Shown piece by piece: positions 28,068 through 37,363 of a stretch of 64,000 nt of DNA. The notes beneath the pieces were generated by a model. It saw nothing but the letters and a program-made list of their open reading frames with translations, did not search any database and had not been told where the DNA came from. Numbering within the stretch: the first letter of the stretch is position 1; each line of letters starts with the position of its first letter. The stretch is from the IMG/VR virus record IMGVR_UViG_3300022752_000015, positions 124,001 to 188,000 of that record; one strand, 5' to 3'. Both the position numbers and the translations under genes were made by a program.

Positions 28068-28963
28068 TGAAAAATTATATTCCAAAAATGTTTCATTGAA
28101 TCGGACCATCTTAAAATATCATAAGAATTATTCTTCAAATCTCTGCTAAGCAACAACTTTTCAATTTCAAAAAAATTCTTATAGACATGATCTATGCCTG
28201 CGAATTCTACAGATCCGCCACCTTCAACATGAACGTATGTTGGCAAACCTACAGCAATAGATTCTAAAACATGATTAGGTCCTGGGTCATGTCTTGATCC
28301 ACTTATATAAACATCATGTTTTGCTAACTCTTTTGCTAACTCTTCTCCGTGAATTGGAGGAATTATTTTTGTATTGTTAAAGGTACCTCTTTCTCTTCCG
28401 ATGTAAGTAAATTCAATATTTCTTTCTTTCGTGGTCAAATAATCAATAAACTCGTATACGTCAAATCCCTTTAAAGAATTGTTAGACCAATGATGAGTTA
28501 CTACTTTGAGTTTATTATCTGAACGAGTATATGAGTTGTTCTTTCTATTTTCAATGAAAGTGTCATCTACTCCGTTGTGCACAACGTATTGTTTCTTACA
28601 ATTCCACCCTTTTTTATTGAAGTAATCTTTCATCCAGTTACTAACAAAAATTGTTTTTGTATTTAAGATGCTACATTGTAAGAGCAAACTATCCATGTGT
28701 TCAGTACCTTTTCTAGCATCACATTCATTGATTCTTTGAACAACTGGAATTTTTTTAACAGAAGACACAAATTTGTAGACGTCATTTGCGTCAAACATTC
28801 CATTTTCTTTTCTAGGATCCATTAGAAATATGGAATCAACATCTTCTGACAGATTATTAGTAATGGTTATGCCAGAAGGAACAGTTGCATATACTGCTCT
28901 AACAAAATTGTTTCCGCCGCCCCAAGGTCCGTCTATTGGCTTTCTATTTATGGCTATTTTCAT
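28064..28963 (-). CDS. Glycosyltransferase, GT4-like
   Basis: GPWGGGNNF...FVSNW...VVHNGVD...KGFD...DPGPNHVLESIAVGLP. Confidence 0.8.
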   Translation of the reverse strand: MKIAINRKPIDGPWGGGNNFVRAVYATVPSGITITNNLSEDVDSIFLMDPRKENGMFDANDVYKFVSSVKKIPVVQRINECDARKGTEHMDSLLLQCSILNTKTIFVSNWMKDYFNKKGWNCKKQYVVHNGVDDTFIENRKNNSYTRSDNKLKVVTHHWSNNSLKGFDVYEFIDYLTTKERNIEFTYIGRERGTFNNTKIIPPIHGEELAKELAKHDVYISGSRHDPGPNHVLESIAVGLPTYVHVEGGGSVEFAGIDHVYKNFFEIEKLLLSRDLKNNSYDILRWSDSMKHFWNIIFQ

Positions 28964-29889
28964 AATAGTTCTTTAAAAAATGTTAGATAATCATTCATGA
29001 CTCTATTCATTGAGACGTCTGTGTCAGGCTTTTTGTCTTTTAGGTCTGGAAGTTTTTCTTTTATTTGGCTCACGTCTATTTTTGGAGGATTATCATAGTT
29101 GACTAGTTCGTAATCATATGGTTGATTCTCTTTTAAAATCACTCCAAAATTCTTAACTAGTTCTTTTGTGCCTCCTTGCTCCGAACAAATAACAGGAGTA
29201 AATTGAGATAAAGATTCTACCACCGTATTAGGACAATGATCTAACCAAGCAAGGTGAATCATCCAATTTGAAGCAGAGAATACTTCTAGACAAACTTCAT
29301 GAGGTTGAGGTCCTGTGTAGAATATGTCTACATCAGGAATCATTTTTGGATTTGAACCCATCACTATGAGCGCGGCTGAACTATAAAAACTTTGTAAATG
29401 CTTGAATAACTCAACGTTAGATTCAAGCCTTTTTTGTGAGTGCCAATTTGCTGAACAGACAAAAAGCATTTCATACTTTTGTCTAATTTGTTCTAATGAA
29501 GAAATTTTAAACTGTTTAACGGGTTCAGCATTTATGCCATTCAATATGATCTTTCCATTTTTTGGAATTCCCCACCATTTCGACGCCATATTCTTATCAA
29601 ATTCAGATTGCCAGATCACGCCATCAGCTTTTTGATATAATGATTTTATATTGAAGTTTTTTACGTGAAATTCAGATGGAGAAAACCAAATTCCATCAAG
29701 TCTTTGAACGACTTTCTTTGCCAAGGGTCTACCGCTAGGTTCAATAAAAACCAAAGAAACATCTGAATTTCTTCCATCATAAATTTCTACCTCATGCCCA
29801 GATTCTATAAGACCTTTTGCAAATCTCTTTGCAAAAGAATTTGGACCTGAATTAGATCCCATATTCACATTGTCTAAATGTATTTTCAC
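28960..29889 (-). CDS. Glycosyltransferase, GT4-like
   Basis: SGPNSF...VQRLDG...WQSEF...ILNGI...KRL...DHCPNTVVESLSQFTPVICSEQGGTKELV. Confidence 0.8.
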   Translation of the reverse strand: MKIHLDNVNMGSNSGPNSFAKRFAKGLIESGHEVEIYDGRNSDVSLVFIEPSGRPLAKKVVQRLDGIWFSPSEFHVKNFNIKSLYQKADGVIWQSEFDKNMASKWWGIPKNGKIILNGINAEPVKQFKISSLEQIRQKYEMLFVCSANWHSQKRLESNVELFKHLQSFYSSAALIVMGSNPKMIPDVDIFYTGPQPHEVCLEVFSASNWMIHLAWLDHCPNTVVESLSQFTPVICSEQGGTKELVKNFGVILKENQPYDYELVNYDNPPKIDVSQIKEKLPDLKDKKPDTDVSMNRVMNDYLTFFKELL

Positions 29890-30248
29890 GATCTTCGTTT
29901 TACCTCTGAAATAAAAGGTGTGGCAAATTCAGTACCATTTAGCATAACGGCCATTAAAGCAATTTCTTTAGTTTCAATATTTTTTAAACTAGCTCTTTGC
30001 GTAAAGATGTTGGGATCTAATTCTTGGGTCTCGTTTATGTTTATAGAATCATAGTACATTTGAGCTAGAAAATTAACTGATTCATTTGATAGAGGGGTTG
30101 CAGCCGTTTTTATCACTTCAGACAATGTAAAAAATACATCGTTATAAATCTCTATGCAAGTTGCTTTATTTAAAATTTGATTCTTTCTTTTTGAAAGTCT
30201 TTCCACTAACAGCTTAGTAATAGAATCATGAAAATTTTGCTTTTTCAT
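29886..30248 (-). CDS. Hypothetical protein within the glycosylation island
   Basis: 120 aa, ATGA-coupled to GT genes on both sides; no motif recognised. Confidence 0.55.
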   Translation of the reverse strand: MKKQNFHDSITKLLVERLSKRKNQILNKATCIEIYNDVFFTLSEVIKTAATPLSNESVNFLAQMYYDSININETQELDPNIFTQRASLKNIETKEIALMAVMLNGTEFATPFISEVKRRS

Positions 30249-30979
30249 TTTACAAACCCACGTTTTCTTAAAAATACAGCTTCATCTCTTTGAAATTTAG
30301 CGTCATCTGTTTGATACGTCTCAGGAACATCTTTAATGGTATAATGATACATTATACGAGGCAAAAATAGCCTTTTTTTAGACTTATGAAGAACTGGTAA
30401 GTAAATCGCTTGATCTCCTGCTCTTCTTATATAGTTGCCGTCCTCTCCTCTAAAGTTTTCATCTTTTACTTCATTTATTAAAATTTTTCTAAACGTTTTT
30501 AGATGACTTGAAACCCAAGGATAAGCGTAAACATCTGCGTCGTTAGGCATAGTGTTGCTAATATTTTTATCAGAAAAACTCCATCGATGAGCTGTCCAAA
30601 GAGCTTCGCAACCTGTTTCAACATACGCATGGTTAATGATAGATAACGCATCAAGATCTGTCAACCAATCATCTGCATCTATTCTACAAACAATATCATT
30701 GTCATCGCACTTAGATATTCCTGTTAATACATTAGCTACTTCCCATTTTTTTTCAACATTCCATACAAAATCAATTTTTTTCTTGTAAGCTTGATCTAAC
30801 ATGTTAGAAAAATCATTTTCTATTTTTTTACATTTTCTAACATGTTCGTCTGAAGATACGTCATCGATCAAAATTACTCGCCAATTTTCATATGATTGAC
30901 CACAAATAGAATGAAGCATCCGAGGCAAGGTCTCGGATGCGTTATACATTGGAGCAACAAAAACGAATCTATTTTGCAT
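30245..30979 (-). CDS. Glycosyltransferase, GT2 family
   Basis: FVAPMYNAS...SICGQSYENW...LIDDVSSD...RIDADDWL...AGDQAIY. Confidence 0.85.
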   Translation of the reverse strand: MQNRFVFVAPMYNASETLPRMLHSICGQSYENWRVILIDDVSSDEHVRKCKKIENDFSNMLDQAYKKKIDFVWNVEKKWEVANVLTGISKCDDNDIVCRIDADDWLTDLDALSIINHAYVETGCEALWTAHRWSFSDKNISNTMPNDADVYAYPWVSSHLKTFRKILINEVKDENFRGEDGNYIRRAGDQAIYLPVLHKSKKRLFLPRIMYHYTIKDVPETYQTDDAKFQRDEAVFLRKRGFVK

Positions 30980-30983
30980 TAGA

Positions 30984-32906
30984 TTATAACATAATTTTGG
31001 GCTGAGATTTGTTCACAACAATATGATAAGTTTTTGTCTTACCATCCCATTTTTTATGCCAAATCCAACCGCCTAAACTTTCCGAAAGTTCAGTAGCTTT
31101 AGAAGCTATCATTTCATCTGTTACTTGCGACCAAGGGACATCAAACATCATATTTGATTCTGCTGTGTCTTCATAAGATTTTCCTGACAAAGATTCCCAA
31201 TGTTTGGTCCAATATTTTTTGTAAAGCTTAATCTTTCTATTCAAATCAAACCAACTATAATGAAACACACCAGGTAAATTATCAACGACTTTATTGAACC
31301 ACTCTTGATAATTTTTTATTGCGTCAGGATCTCCTAAAACAGCTTTATTACGAACATCATCAACTTCAGAAGTGTAAAAAGTTACGTGAGGTATTCTTTC
31401 GTAAGATGATGAATCTATCATGTCACATCCATCTCCATAAGCCGCATAAAGATTTCCATTTTCATCAGTTCGACGAGCATCTAAAGGTATTCCGTGAGTG
31501 ATATTTTTCTTATTTTTACTTAATCTCCACTTCCAAGGAAGAACATCGGCTCTAACTTTCTCAGGGCCTCCCCAATATTCAACAACTGGCAATGATATAA
31601 TATCTACGCTAGTTGGGAACTTAGCACATAAATTTAATATTTTTTCACAATCTTCTTCATGCACTATTTCGTCTGAATCCATTTGCCAACAAAAATCTCC
31701 TGTGCACATGGATCTTGCTTCGGCTTTTTGCATTCCGTCAAAAACAGCAAATCTAGGATGACTCCAATCTCTTATCACTTGTTTCAGTTTGATCTTTGTT
31801 TCAGTAGATGACAATTCTTGAAGCTTCTCCCAAGTGCCGTCTGTAGAACCTCCATCAACAATACAAACCTCCTCACAAAAAGGAAGCATAGACTTAACAC
31901 ACTGTATAAATGGATATTCTTGAGACAATGCATTATAAACCGTCACATATCCGCTGATATTAGGACGATATTCCATCATCTTTTTTATGTAATTCCAAAA
32001 TAGAGTTGGCGCTCCAAATAAGTACTCTTCAATCTCTTCAACGTTATTTGTAGAGAACCAATCTTCATTTTTATGTTGTACGTTTTCATTCAAATGAAGT
32101 TTGCATCCCAGAAGCTTCGCTTCTATGACCATTCTTGGGCAGGTATCAGCGCCTGCTGGAAGATATACAAAACCTTCTGCATTAGCTAACTTTTCCAACA
32201 TGACTTCGTAAGCTACATTCCAGACAACTTCATATTCTACTTTGTTGTCTAAGCACCACTTTTCTGCAGCTTGAGCTCCTTTTACCCATGATTCTGATCC
32301 TAAGACTATCCACCTTTTTCGATCTGATGTTGATAAAGAAACAGCTTCTCTGAGCCACTTGATGGTACCTAGAGTTTTTTTCGAAAATACGCTTGATAAG
32401 ACAACATTATCTTTTTCAGATAAAAATGGGAACATTCTATGATAACGATCTTTTTGCGCCTCTGACATCCACCATAGAACTTTTGCTCCATAATAAAAAG
32501 CAGAAATTAATTTTCCATTGAATTGGTTGTGACAATCACATGGAGATCCGGTTTTCTCAGAATGTTTTTCAGGAGATCTGTACTTGCAATATTTGTAATC
32601 ATATTCTAAAATAGAATAATTCAAATTTCCAATTATGCTTGGAACTAGTTCCATGTTCATTTGAGCAAAATTGCCAAAGATCCAAAACTTATTGGTTCCT
32701 TGAGCTAACAAATGCATAGTCAGCTCTTTTGAACGAATTTTCATGTAAGGCAAAGGACATTCATCAATCAAAGCCTGCGTGGTTAGTTCTGCTCCGCCGA
32801 CATAATCTTCTGAAAAAAGATCAGCTACAAAAATAACCTTAACTTCATCAGGGATGATGAGAGGTCTAGAACTATTTTCGAATACGCTTTTATTGAATGT
32901 TTGCAA
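30984..32906 (-). CDS. Two-domain glycosyltransferase (GT-B + GT2 fusion)
   Basis: N-part GGAELT...KGA...DTCPRMVIEAKLLGCKL (GT-B); C-part ISGYVTVYNA...CIVDGGSTDGT...WQMDSDEIV (GT2); TTG start with GAGG upstream. Confidence 0.8.
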   Translation of the reverse strand: MQTFNKSVFENSSRPLIIPDEVKVIFVADLFSEDYVGGAELTTQALIDECPLPYMKIRSKELTMHLLAQGTNKFWIFGNFAQMNMELVPSIIGNLNYSILEYDYKYCKYRSPEKHSEKTGSPCDCHNQFNGKLISAFYYGAKVLWWMSEAQKDRYHRMFPFLSEKDNVVLSSVFSKKTLGTIKWLREAVSLSTSDRKRWIVLGSESWVKGAQAAEKWCLDNKVEYEVVWNVAYEVMLEKLANAEGFVYLPAGADTCPRMVIEAKLLGCKLHLNENVQHKNEDWFSTNNVEEIEEYLFGAPTLFWNYIKKMMEYRPNISGYVTVYNALSQEYPFIQCVKSMLPFCEEVCIVDGGSTDGTWEKLQELSSTETKIKLKQVIRDWSHPRFAVFDGMQKAEARSMCTGDFCWQMDSDEIVHEEDCEKILNLCAKFPTSVDIISLPVVEYWGGPEKVRADVLPWKWRLSKNKKNITHGIPLDARRTDENGNLYAAYGDGCDMIDSSSYERIPHVTFYTSEVDDVRNKAVLGDPDAIKNYQEWFNKVVDNLPGVFHYSWFDLNRKIKLYKKYWTKHWESLSGKSYEDTAESNMMFDVPWSQVTDEMIASKATELSESLGGWIWHKKWDGKTKTYHIVVNKSQPKIML

Positions 32907-33030
32907 GATTTACCTCTTTAAATTCTCTGAAGAATTATAATTAATTCTATAAGTAAATTGATCTAAATTTATAGATTTAGAACTAAGATTTAGTAAATTA
33001 TAAATCTTAATCTTAGAAAAAATAATAACG
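32907..33030. other. A/T-rich divergent intergenic region at the major strand switch, with short direct and inverted repeats
   Basis: IRs agaatta/taattct (32931-32948) and taagattta/taaatctta (32984-33009); AGATTTAG at 32973 and 32986; genes diverge on either side. Confidence 0.5.
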
Positions 33031-33045
33031 TTTAGGAGGATGTAT

Positions 33046-33648
33046 ATGTCGAGAAAAAAATCTAACACTCAAGTAAGTTCTCCAAATTTTCCTGATAAAC
33101 ATCTTGACATCAAAGATTCTCCTGACAGCATTGAAACAAAAAAGACGTTGGATGCTATTGAAAGCAATAGACAGCAGATTTTAGAGATGCAAAAAAGAAT
33201 CTTATCGGCTCCTGCTATGAATGGTGGCTTCTCTAATTTAATGTACAAAATTGAAAAAATAGAGCAATCGCAAACGCAGTTGGTTGTGAAAGTCGATGAG
33301 ATAAGAGAAGTCTTATATGATCCTGATAATGGTTTATACGCAAGAATAAAAAACGTTGAAAATAGTTCAGCTGAAATTGAAAGAGTTGAAGAGTTGGAAG
33401 AACAACTACATTCCATACAAAGCTGGAAAATTCATGAAGAAAAATTAGCTCAAAAAGAAGAGCTCAATGATGAAAATCTTGCAAAGATTATAAATCAACA
33501 TTCTGAGGTAATTAAAGAATTACAGTCTTGGTACCAAAAACAAGCAGCTTTTACTAGATGGCTTTCAATTGCAGTAGGTACAGCAATCTTAGGTGCTATT
33601 GGTAAGATAATACATGCTTACATCAATTCTCATGTTCAAATTATTTGA
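33046..33648 (+). CDS. Coiled-coil protein with C-terminal transmembrane helix (XhlA/holin-like architecture)
   Basis: Heptad-rich body, then WLSIAVGTAILGAIGKII; AGGAGG at 33034-33039 favours the ATG at 33046. Confidence 0.55.
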   Translation: MSRKKSNTQVSSPNFPDKHLDIKDSPDSIETKKTLDAIESNRQQILEMQKRILSAPAMNGGFSNLMYKIEKIEQSQTQLVVKVDEIREVLYDPDNGLYARIKNVENSSAEIERVEELEEQLHSIQSWKIHEEKLAQKEELNDENLAKIINQHSEVIKELQSWYQKQAAFTRWLSIAVGTAILGAIGKIIHAYINSHVQII

Positions 33649-33680
33649 ACATTAAACAAATAATTGGCTACATTGATTTT
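33645..33680 (+). promoter_or_regulatory. Sigma70-like promoter, leaderless type
   Basis: TTGAAC-N18-TACATT-N6-GTG(33681). Confidence 0.6.
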
Positions 33681-34874
33681 GTGGCAATTTTTCTAAAAAA
33701 AGAAATACTTGAATCATTTAAAGAAGTCTGTAATGATTTAAGAAATTTTTCAAATACAGAAAAAGTATTATTCCTTGAAAAAGATCAAGTTTTGATTAAA
33801 ACTTCATTTCAAGGAATTTTTAATTTAAAATATTCTAATCAGCTAAAATTAGCTATTCATAGGTTGATAGTAGAACACTGCATTTTATCAGAAAAAATAT
33901 CTCCTGGAGGGTTTGACTTAACATTACATAAAATTGTAAGTTCTGATTTAAACAATCTAGATAAAGCTTCAAATAAAGCTACTTTGAATGATTTAAAAAA
34001 TATAATTGTTTCTCAAACTAAAGACGATGACTTTCTGAACAAAATGTTATTTGATGCCGTGCTTTTAGCTGGATTTGGCGGTAGAATATCTGTAGAAAAA
34101 TCCAGTAATAATTTTGCTTCGATTGAAGTGATTGATGGTTTCACATTTAAAGTAAAAACTTTTGAAGAAAAACCTATCAAAATAGCAAATCCTAAAATCA
34201 TTGTTATTGATGGATTTGTTGAATCTGTTTCTGAAATTAATTTATTGCTTGAAGGTGCAAGTGTAACAAAGCATCCTGTAGTCTTAATAACTAGAGGACT
34301 TCATGAAGAAGTACTAAATACGATAAAAGTTAATAAAATTAGAGGAGTTATTGAAGTTTATCCTATCGTAGTAGAGTTTAATCTAGAAGGTATAAATAAG
34401 CTTAACGACATCTCAATAGCTTGTTCTACATCTTTGTTTTCTAGCAATTTAGGCCAGCTAATTTCTAACATTTCTATAGATGATGCAAAAAAAATAGATG
34501 AAATTTCTATTTATGTTAATTCAATTTGCATAAAGAATCAAGCATCAAAATCTGATGTTAATTCTCATATAAAATTCTTATTGTCTAAAAGAGAAGAATC
34601 AAAAAATGTAGAAGAAATTTACGAAGATAGAATAAGATCTTTATCTTCCAATAATGTACTCATTAGACTTCCAGATACTAACGATTTTGTTGTAAAAAGA
34701 CAATCAATTGACTATTGTCTTAGGTCGATAAAATCTATGATAGAATTTGGAGTATTAAATGATTCTAAACCTTATGGATCTTATGTCTCTTCTAATTTAT
34801 ATTCTAAATTGTTTTTTGAAAAATTAAGTTCATTAGGTGCAGTAATACATAACTCTGCCATTATGTCATACTAG
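33681..34874 (+). CDS. Degenerate GroEL/Cpn60-like chaperonin
   Basis: AGFGGRISVEKS...IEVIDGF...IANPKIIVIDGFVESVSEINLLLE...HPVVLITRG...LNTIKVNKIRG...EDRIRSLS...KRQSIDYCLRSIKSMIEFGV aligns by eye with the GroEL intermediate and apical regions; no GDGTTT motif; start moved to GTG 33681. Confidence 0.7.
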   Translation: MAIFLKKEILESFKEVCNDLRNFSNTEKVLFLEKDQVLIKTSFQGIFNLKYSNQLKLAIHRLIVEHCILSEKISPGGFDLTLHKIVSSDLNNLDKASNKATLNDLKNIIVSQTKDDDFLNKMLFDAVLLAGFGGRISVEKSSNNFASIEVIDGFTFKVKTFEEKPIKIANPKIIVIDGFVESVSEINLLLEGASVTKHPVVLITRGLHEEVLNTIKVNKIRGVIEVYPIVVEFNLEGINKLNDISIACSTSLFSSNLGQLISNISIDDAKKIDEISIYVNSICIKNQASKSDVNSHIKFLLSKREESKNVEEIYEDRIRSLSSNNVLIRLPDTNDFVVKRQSIDYCLRSIKSMIEFGVLNDSKPYGSYVSSNLYSKLFFEKLSSLGAVIHNSAIMSY

Positions 34875-35676
34875 CAAGTATTGCAGCTAGATCATCTTTA
34901 TCAGAAAGTTCAAACCCAAATTTTTCTTTGAATTTTTCATTAAACTTTCTTATATCTTGTTCGTTTGCTCCCTTAAAGATATCTTTAATCTTTACATCAG
35001 GTGTGGCAGGTGTTGGTGGACCACCAGGGGGTGTTGGTGGAGCTGGCGGTTCACTTTCTTGTACTTTTCCTGCAAAAGCGTTTAATGACTTAACTGGCAT
35101 GTTTACAAACTCATCAACTAGACGAGTTATATCAAAAGGAATTTCTAGCTTTTCAGGATTAAGAACTTTAATTTCAGAATTAAAAGAAGAAGTTAAAGCA
35201 GATTTGAACTTTTTATATTCATTAGGAAAAAGTTCTGTCATCTTTTTGCTAACTCTGTTACCGGTTTTACTGTCTTCTAATTCTTTTTTTAGAATATCTT
35301 CATAATCTCTTATAGATGCTCCTGCCTCTGAAATATCTTTTATTACATTATGAAATCCCACAAAAATTCTTTGTAGTTTTTTTATGCCTTCTATTGCTGC
35401 CGCTTCATCCTTAGGTTTTAAAGAACCTGATTGAATTTTTTCTAGATACTCAAATTGTTTGTCTCGAGCTTTTTCTAAAAAACCTTTGATGGCAGTAGAA
35501 CTTATACCTTCGCTGGTTAAAGCATCCAGATATATTTTTGATTGTTTATTAACAGCTCCAGCGAATTTTATAAATTGTTTTTTTTCTTTTTCAGATATCT
35601 CTTTTAGAACCTTAGATTCTAATAAAGCGATTTTTAACGCTACGATATCTTCATTAACTTTGTTTACTTCACTCAT
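34861..35676 (-). CDS. Hypothetical Lys/Glu-rich protein with Pro-rich linker (possible internal virion protein)
   Basis: 271 aa, counter-oriented; EPPAPPTPPGGPPTPATP linker; preceded by the late-type motif ATAATTTATT. Confidence 0.55.
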   Translation of the reverse strand: MSEVNKVNEDIVALKIALLESKVLKEISEKEKKQFIKFAGAVNKQSKIYLDALTSEGISSTAIKGFLEKARDKQFEYLEKIQSGSLKPKDEAAAIEGIKKLQRIFVGFHNVIKDISEAGASIRDYEDILKKELEDSKTGNRVSKKMTELFPNEYKKFKSALTSSFNSEIKVLNPEKLEIPFDITRLVDEFVNMPVKSLNAFAGKVQESEPPAPPTPPGGPPTPATPDVKIKDIFKGANEQDIRKFNEKFKEKFGFELSDKDDLAAILASMT

Positions 35677-35697
35677 GTAATAAATTATATCTTACTT

Positions 35698-35940
35698 ATG
35701 TTAAACAAGAATAAAGTAAGCAAATTAACTTGGGATTTTTTTGAAGTTACAAAAGAAATCGCCAAGAGAAATTTAGTCACGGCTGTCAACACAAAGCAAA
35801 TTGACGTAAATGAAAGCTTACTACCTGCTATTTTAGGGCTTATTGATGCGTCAGTTAATGAAGGATTCAATAAAGGCCACAATAATTTCTTAAATGCTTT
35901 ATCAAACATGACTGAAGAACAGCCAAAGAAAAAAAAATAG
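35698..35940 (+). CDS. Hypothetical protein
   Basis: 80-aa ORF at the head of a tightly packed plus-strand run. Confidence 0.55.
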   Translation: MLNKNKVSKLTWDFFEVTKEIAKRNLVTAVNTKQIDVNESLLPAILGLIDASVNEGFNKGHNNFLNALSNMTEEQPKKKK

Positions 35941-35946
35941 TAGATC

Positions 35947-36462
35947 ATGAAGAAAAGAAAAGCCCAAATCCAGGATTCTGGAACAAGCTTAAAAGAATCT
36001 TTTGGACAAAAGCATCTAATAAAATGTAGATGCATTTTGCCGCAAATGAAAAACACTGCAAATCCTGCTCCTCATTGTTTTGTGGTTTTTTCTGAAGTAT
36101 TTGAAGGTCAAATAAAACCTAAATTTTCTCAATGTAATAACTGCGGAGTGGTTCACAAGGTTGTTGACATATGCTCTTCGGAAATAATGAGTGGAAAAGA
36201 TGCAATGAGTTCTATTATGACTATAGACGACATTAGATCTTCCATGAACAAAAGCTTATCTTCGATATTAGATAGACACAATTGTGATTTACCTACTTGG
36301 GAGTTTGCTCAATACGTTGTTGAGAATAAAAGATGGGGAGAAATTGTCGTATTATCTACTGACGTAGAAAAAGAAGATAAAATTATAAAATACGTTAGAA
36401 TTTTAGGCGATTCATTGTTCAAAGTAGATTCTCACATAAGAAAAGAAACATTAGGTGAGTAA
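35947..36462 (+). CDS. Hypothetical Zn-finger protein
   Basis: HLIKCRC...HC...QCNNCGVVH...DIC Cys/His clusters. Confidence 0.55.
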   Translation: MKKRKAQIQDSGTSLKESFGQKHLIKCRCILPQMKNTANPAPHCFVVFSEVFEGQIKPKFSQCNNCGVVHKVVDICSSEIMSGKDAMSSIMTIDDIRSSMNKSLSSILDRHNCDLPTWEFAQYVVENKRWGEIVVLSTDVEKEDKIIKYVRILGDSLFKVDSHIRKETLGE

Positions 36463-36703
36463 TATGCAAACTTTTGGTAAGCTTTCTTCTGAAAAATTAG
36501 CAGAGGAAAATGAAGAATGTCGAAAGATCGTAAAAGAAATTTTGAATGTAGGTCTTACGCAAAGGCAACAAATGTTCCTTATTTATTTACTTTCTCTTGA
36601 ATTAGAGAATATAGAATATGTAAAAGACCTGACAGAAGTGATTAAAGAAATTGCAGGAGACGATATTTTTGTCTCAAGGAGCGATGATGGGAAGATCAAT
36701 TAA
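36455..36703 (+). CDS. Hypothetical protein
   Basis: 82-aa ORF overlapping both neighbours. Confidence 0.5.
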   Translation: MSNMQTFGKLSSEKLAEENEECRKIVKEILNVGLTQRQQMFLIYLLSLELENIEYVKDLTEVIKEIAGDDIFVSRSDDGKIN

Positions 36704-37301
36704 CGTAAAAACTCCGTTTACAACAAAAAATAAAACCGGCGATCATGATGAAGCTGAATTAGCAGCTTTGCTCCCTCATCCAAAACATGGAGAAGATTCT
36801 AGAATCGTAGTATTATACGGAGGGGTCAGCGAACAATCAATTTCCGCAGTAATCTATCAGCTCTTGTATTTAGCAAATCAAAACCACAAACCAATTCATC
36901 TAGTGGTTTCTACTTACGGAGGATCTGTAGATGAAATGTTTTCGCTTTATGATACCATCAGATTTTTGCCATGTCCTGTCCATACCATAGCGTTGGGCAA
37001 AGTAATGTCAGCAGGCGTGCTACTATTAGCTTCTGGTGTGAAAGGTAAACGTTTAATCGGGTCATCAGCAAGACTTATGATGCATCCTATATCAGGTGGT
37101 TTTTACGGTAACGTTTTTGAATCTATGAGTGAAACTAACGAATTCAAAAGGTTGCAAGAATTGATGGTTTCATCTCTTCAAAAAGAATCCAACATGACAA
37201 AGGAGCAAGTCGAAAAAATCATGAAATCTGGACATGATTTTTATGTGACTCCTGAAGAAGCAATCAAATTAGGCATCGTGGATAAAATTATTGGTGCATA
37301 A
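36687..37301 (+). CDS. clpP: ClpP-family serine protease (peptidase S14)
   Basis: VSTYGGSV...LYDTIR...GKVMSAG (Ser)...KGKR...MMHP (His)...HDFY (Asp)...EEAIKLGIVDKI; AAGGAG at 36676-36681 supports a start at 36684/36687. Confidence 0.9.
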   Translation: MGRSINVKTPFTTKNKTGDHDEAELAALLPHPKHGEDSRIVVLYGGVSEQSISAVIYQLLYLANQNHKPIHLVVSTYGGSVDEMFSLYDTIRFLPCPVHTIALGKVMSAGVLLLASGVKGKRLIGSSARLMMHPISGGFYGNVFESMSETNEFKRLQELMVSSLQKESNMTKEQVEKIMKSGHDFYVTPEEAIKLGIVDKIIGA

Positions 37302-37304
37302 ATT

Positions 37305-37363
37305 TTGTAATTGATCGATAGTTTGCTTTATGATCGTCTGGGGAGAATAAATCCTCAGACGAT
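37305..37363 (+). promoter_or_regulatory. Sigma70-like promoter plus leader hairpin upstream of the helicase
   Basis: TTGTAA-N18-TATGAT (37305-37334); stem atcgtctgggga/tcctcagacgat (37333-37363, one G-U pair). Confidence 0.45.

Noticed and set aside
14880-32906. Bacterial chromosomal LPS/capsule locus or assembly chimera
   Set aside because: No export/polymerase genes; overlap-coupled to phage genes at the left boundary; shares the TTGAAC leaderless promoter motif with phage replication genes
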